Source: Dictyostelium discoideum
Taxonomy: Eukaryota
Direction of reading: 5' to 3'
DNA: 64,000 nucleotides
Assembly (NCBI GenBank): GCA_000004695.1
Contig: CM000151.3
Coordinates: 5,120,001-5,184,000 of the forward strand
The notes under the pieces are model-generated. The model ran no database searches, was not told where the DNA came from, and worked only from the letters and a program-made list of their open reading frames with translations. A program made the position numbers and the translations under genes. Positions 61,844-64,000 of the stretch are shown here, piece by piece; the stretch's first letter is position 1; every line of letters begins with the position of its first letter.

Positions 61844-62767
61844 ATGATAGGTGAAAAAAGAAAAAGAATTGAATTAATTAATCTACAAGAAGTTTTGAAA
61901 GGTAGAAAAAGAAATGTGAATAAAGAAAAAGTAACAGTTAAAAAAACCAAATCAAAACCAATAAAAAATTCAAAGTCAGCAATAATAACAACTAAATTCA
62001 GTTGTGTTCCTACTACCGCCATTACTACTAAAAGTCAAAGCAAAAACTTAAAAGCCCCAACAAAAACCAAACCAACAATAGAAAATGAATTTATAAAAGA
62101 AAATGATGATATTGATTATTCTGAAAATTATAATTTAGAAAAAGGTTATAAACTAAATGGATCTGCCCAAATTGTAACAAACAAAGAATGTGGTGATATG
62201 ATTATTCAACTAACACCCTCATTACAAGGCCAAGTTGGTTCAATTTGGAGTAGAAAAAAAGTAACAATAGATAATGGATTTCAATGTGAATTTACATTTA
62301 ATGTCTCAAGAAGAGGTGCTGATGGATTTGCTTTTATTCTTCAAACAAATGGAATTAATGAAATTAAGCAAATTGGGGGTGAGTTGGGCTATAATCAAAT
62401 GGCAAATGGTGTAATTGCAATAGAATTTGATACATTTCATAATCGAGAAATGGGTGATCCTTATTATAACCATATCTCAATACAAAGACCAACTCCAAAC
62501 CAATCCCTATCAACTAATCATCAATATTCGTTGGGTTCTTATCATTCCAATTCAATTAATAATGGTGTTGATCAACGTGTAAAAATAATTTACAATTCAG
62601 AGAATAAAGAAATCGAAATTCTCATTGATGGTACAATCATTTTAAAAGGTATCAAAATTCCATACACTTTTCCTAAATATGCATATTTTGGATTTACTGC
62701 TTCAACAGGAAAGCAAAAACAAATCCATCAAATAAAAGGTTGTAGATTTAATTCAGTTTTAAATTAA
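61844..62767 (+). CDS. L-type (legume/ERGIC-53-like) lectin-domain protein. It has a basic Lys-rich N-terminal region and no obvious signal peptide.
   Basis: Lectin-domain blocks QVGSIWSRKKV, RRGADGFAFILQTNG, GVIAIEFDTFHNREMGDP..HISI, VKIIYNSENKEIEILIDG and YAYFGFTASTGK are present. ERGIC-53/VIP36 and legume lectins carry analogous blocks. Single exon from the ATG at 61844 to the stop at 62765-62767. Confidence 0.7.
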   Translation: MIGEKRKRIELINLQEVLKGRKRNVNKEKVTVKKTKSKPIKNSKSAIITTKFSCVPTTAITTKSQSKNLKAPTKTKPTIENEFIKENDDIDYSENYNLEKGYKLNGSAQIVTNKECGDMIIQLTPSLQGQVGSIWSRKKVTIDNGFQCEFTFNVSRRGADGFAFILQTNGINEIKQIGGELGYNQMANGVIAIEFDTFHNREMGDPYYNHISIQRPTPNQSLSTNHQYSLGSYHSNSINNGVDQRVKIIYNSENKEIEILIDGTIILKGIKIPYTFPKYAYFGFTASTGKQKQIHQIKGCRFNSVLN

Positions 62768-63277
62768 ATTTAATTAAATTAAATAAATAAATAAATTTTA
62801 TGGATAAGTTTTAAATAAATAGAAAACTTTGTTGGGGTTTATAATTTTGTTTTTTTTTTTTTTTATTATTATTTTTTAATTCTTTAAATTCATATTTTAA
62901 AAGCTTTATTAAATTATTATTTATACATATGTTGTGTTTCATTTGTTATAATTTTTCAAAGTTTTAAATTGATTAATTTATTATTTTAATACAATAAAAT
63001 TTTATTATTTATTATTAAATTTTTAATTATCTATTTGTTTGAGTTGATAGTATTATTATATCCAAATAATCTTTACCATAAACAACTACAACTTTCCACA
63101 AATTACCAATTTACAATAAACAAAAAGACCATACTCCGAATAGAAAAAAAAAAGAATATATAATTAAAATCATTTAATGATATAGGATAAAATTTTATTT
63201 AATTATAATTATTTAAAAGTTGTTTGATGTATAACAGAATTTTATTAATGTTTTATTTAAAAAAAAAAATATAAATA

Positions 63278-63315
<38 letters not shown>

Positions 63316-63367
63316 ATAAAAAAAAAAAATAGTATTTATAAATAGTTTTTTTTTTTTTTTTTTTTTT

Positions 63368-64000
<633 letters not shown>

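Overview
The window is a gene-dense stretch of a social-amoeba nuclear chromosome, consistent with Dictyostelium discoideum. It is roughly 75-80% AT. Genes carry short AT-rich introns of about 80-140 bp with GTAAGT/GTATGT donors. Coding sequence is full of (AAT)n and (CAA)n tracts that encode poly-Asn and poly-Gln, and intergenic spacers contain long homopolymers. No prokaryotic features were found: no operons, no CRISPR arrays, no defence islands.

I resolved exon/intron structure by eye for most genes. In window order the features are:
- a 3'-terminal fragment of an FAH-domain gene;
- a two-domain (group-I-like) WRKY transcription factor, split by one 110-bp intron;
- a mitochondrial 3-oxoacyl-ACP synthase (KAS);
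- PWP1 (WD40);
- the NatA auxiliary subunit NAA15, in 7 exons;
- a highly-reducing type I polyketide synthase of about 2.6k aa (KS-AT-DH-MT-like-ER-KR-ACP), in 2 exons;
- a TKL-type protein kinase with a tandem SFPRPYQP-repeat tail;
- a small heat-shock protein;
- a RidA/YjgF protein;
- a ComF-like phosphoribosyltransferase-domain protein;
- a type-I membrane glycoprotein;
- a tandem pair of small paralogues;
- a RhoGAP with an F-box and two PH domains;
- several low-complexity hypothetical proteins;
- a PARN-like deadenylase;
- a Cys-rich protein with a C-terminal RS-domain;
- an intron-containing tRNA-Gln(CUG);
- a TFIIB-like (Rrn7/TAF1B-type) factor;
- a USP10-like deubiquitinase;
- an L-type-lectin-domain protein;
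- the 3' part of a MYST histone acetyltransferase.

The most unusual structure is a tandem segmental duplication of about 2.1 kb at 58.7-62.9 kb. The unit is the USP10 3' end, its downstream spacer, the lectin gene and its 3' flank. In copy A the lectin segment is inverted and truncated. In copy B the USP10 fragment has decayed. Only one intact copy of each gene remains.

Other notable points:
- an apparent frameshift inside USP10 at a (CCA)n run;
- C/A-rich and G/T-rich (G-box-like) promoter elements in several spacers;
- a gene-free 3.6-kb AT desert.

All identifications are from motif recognition in the six-frame translations. No database search was possible.
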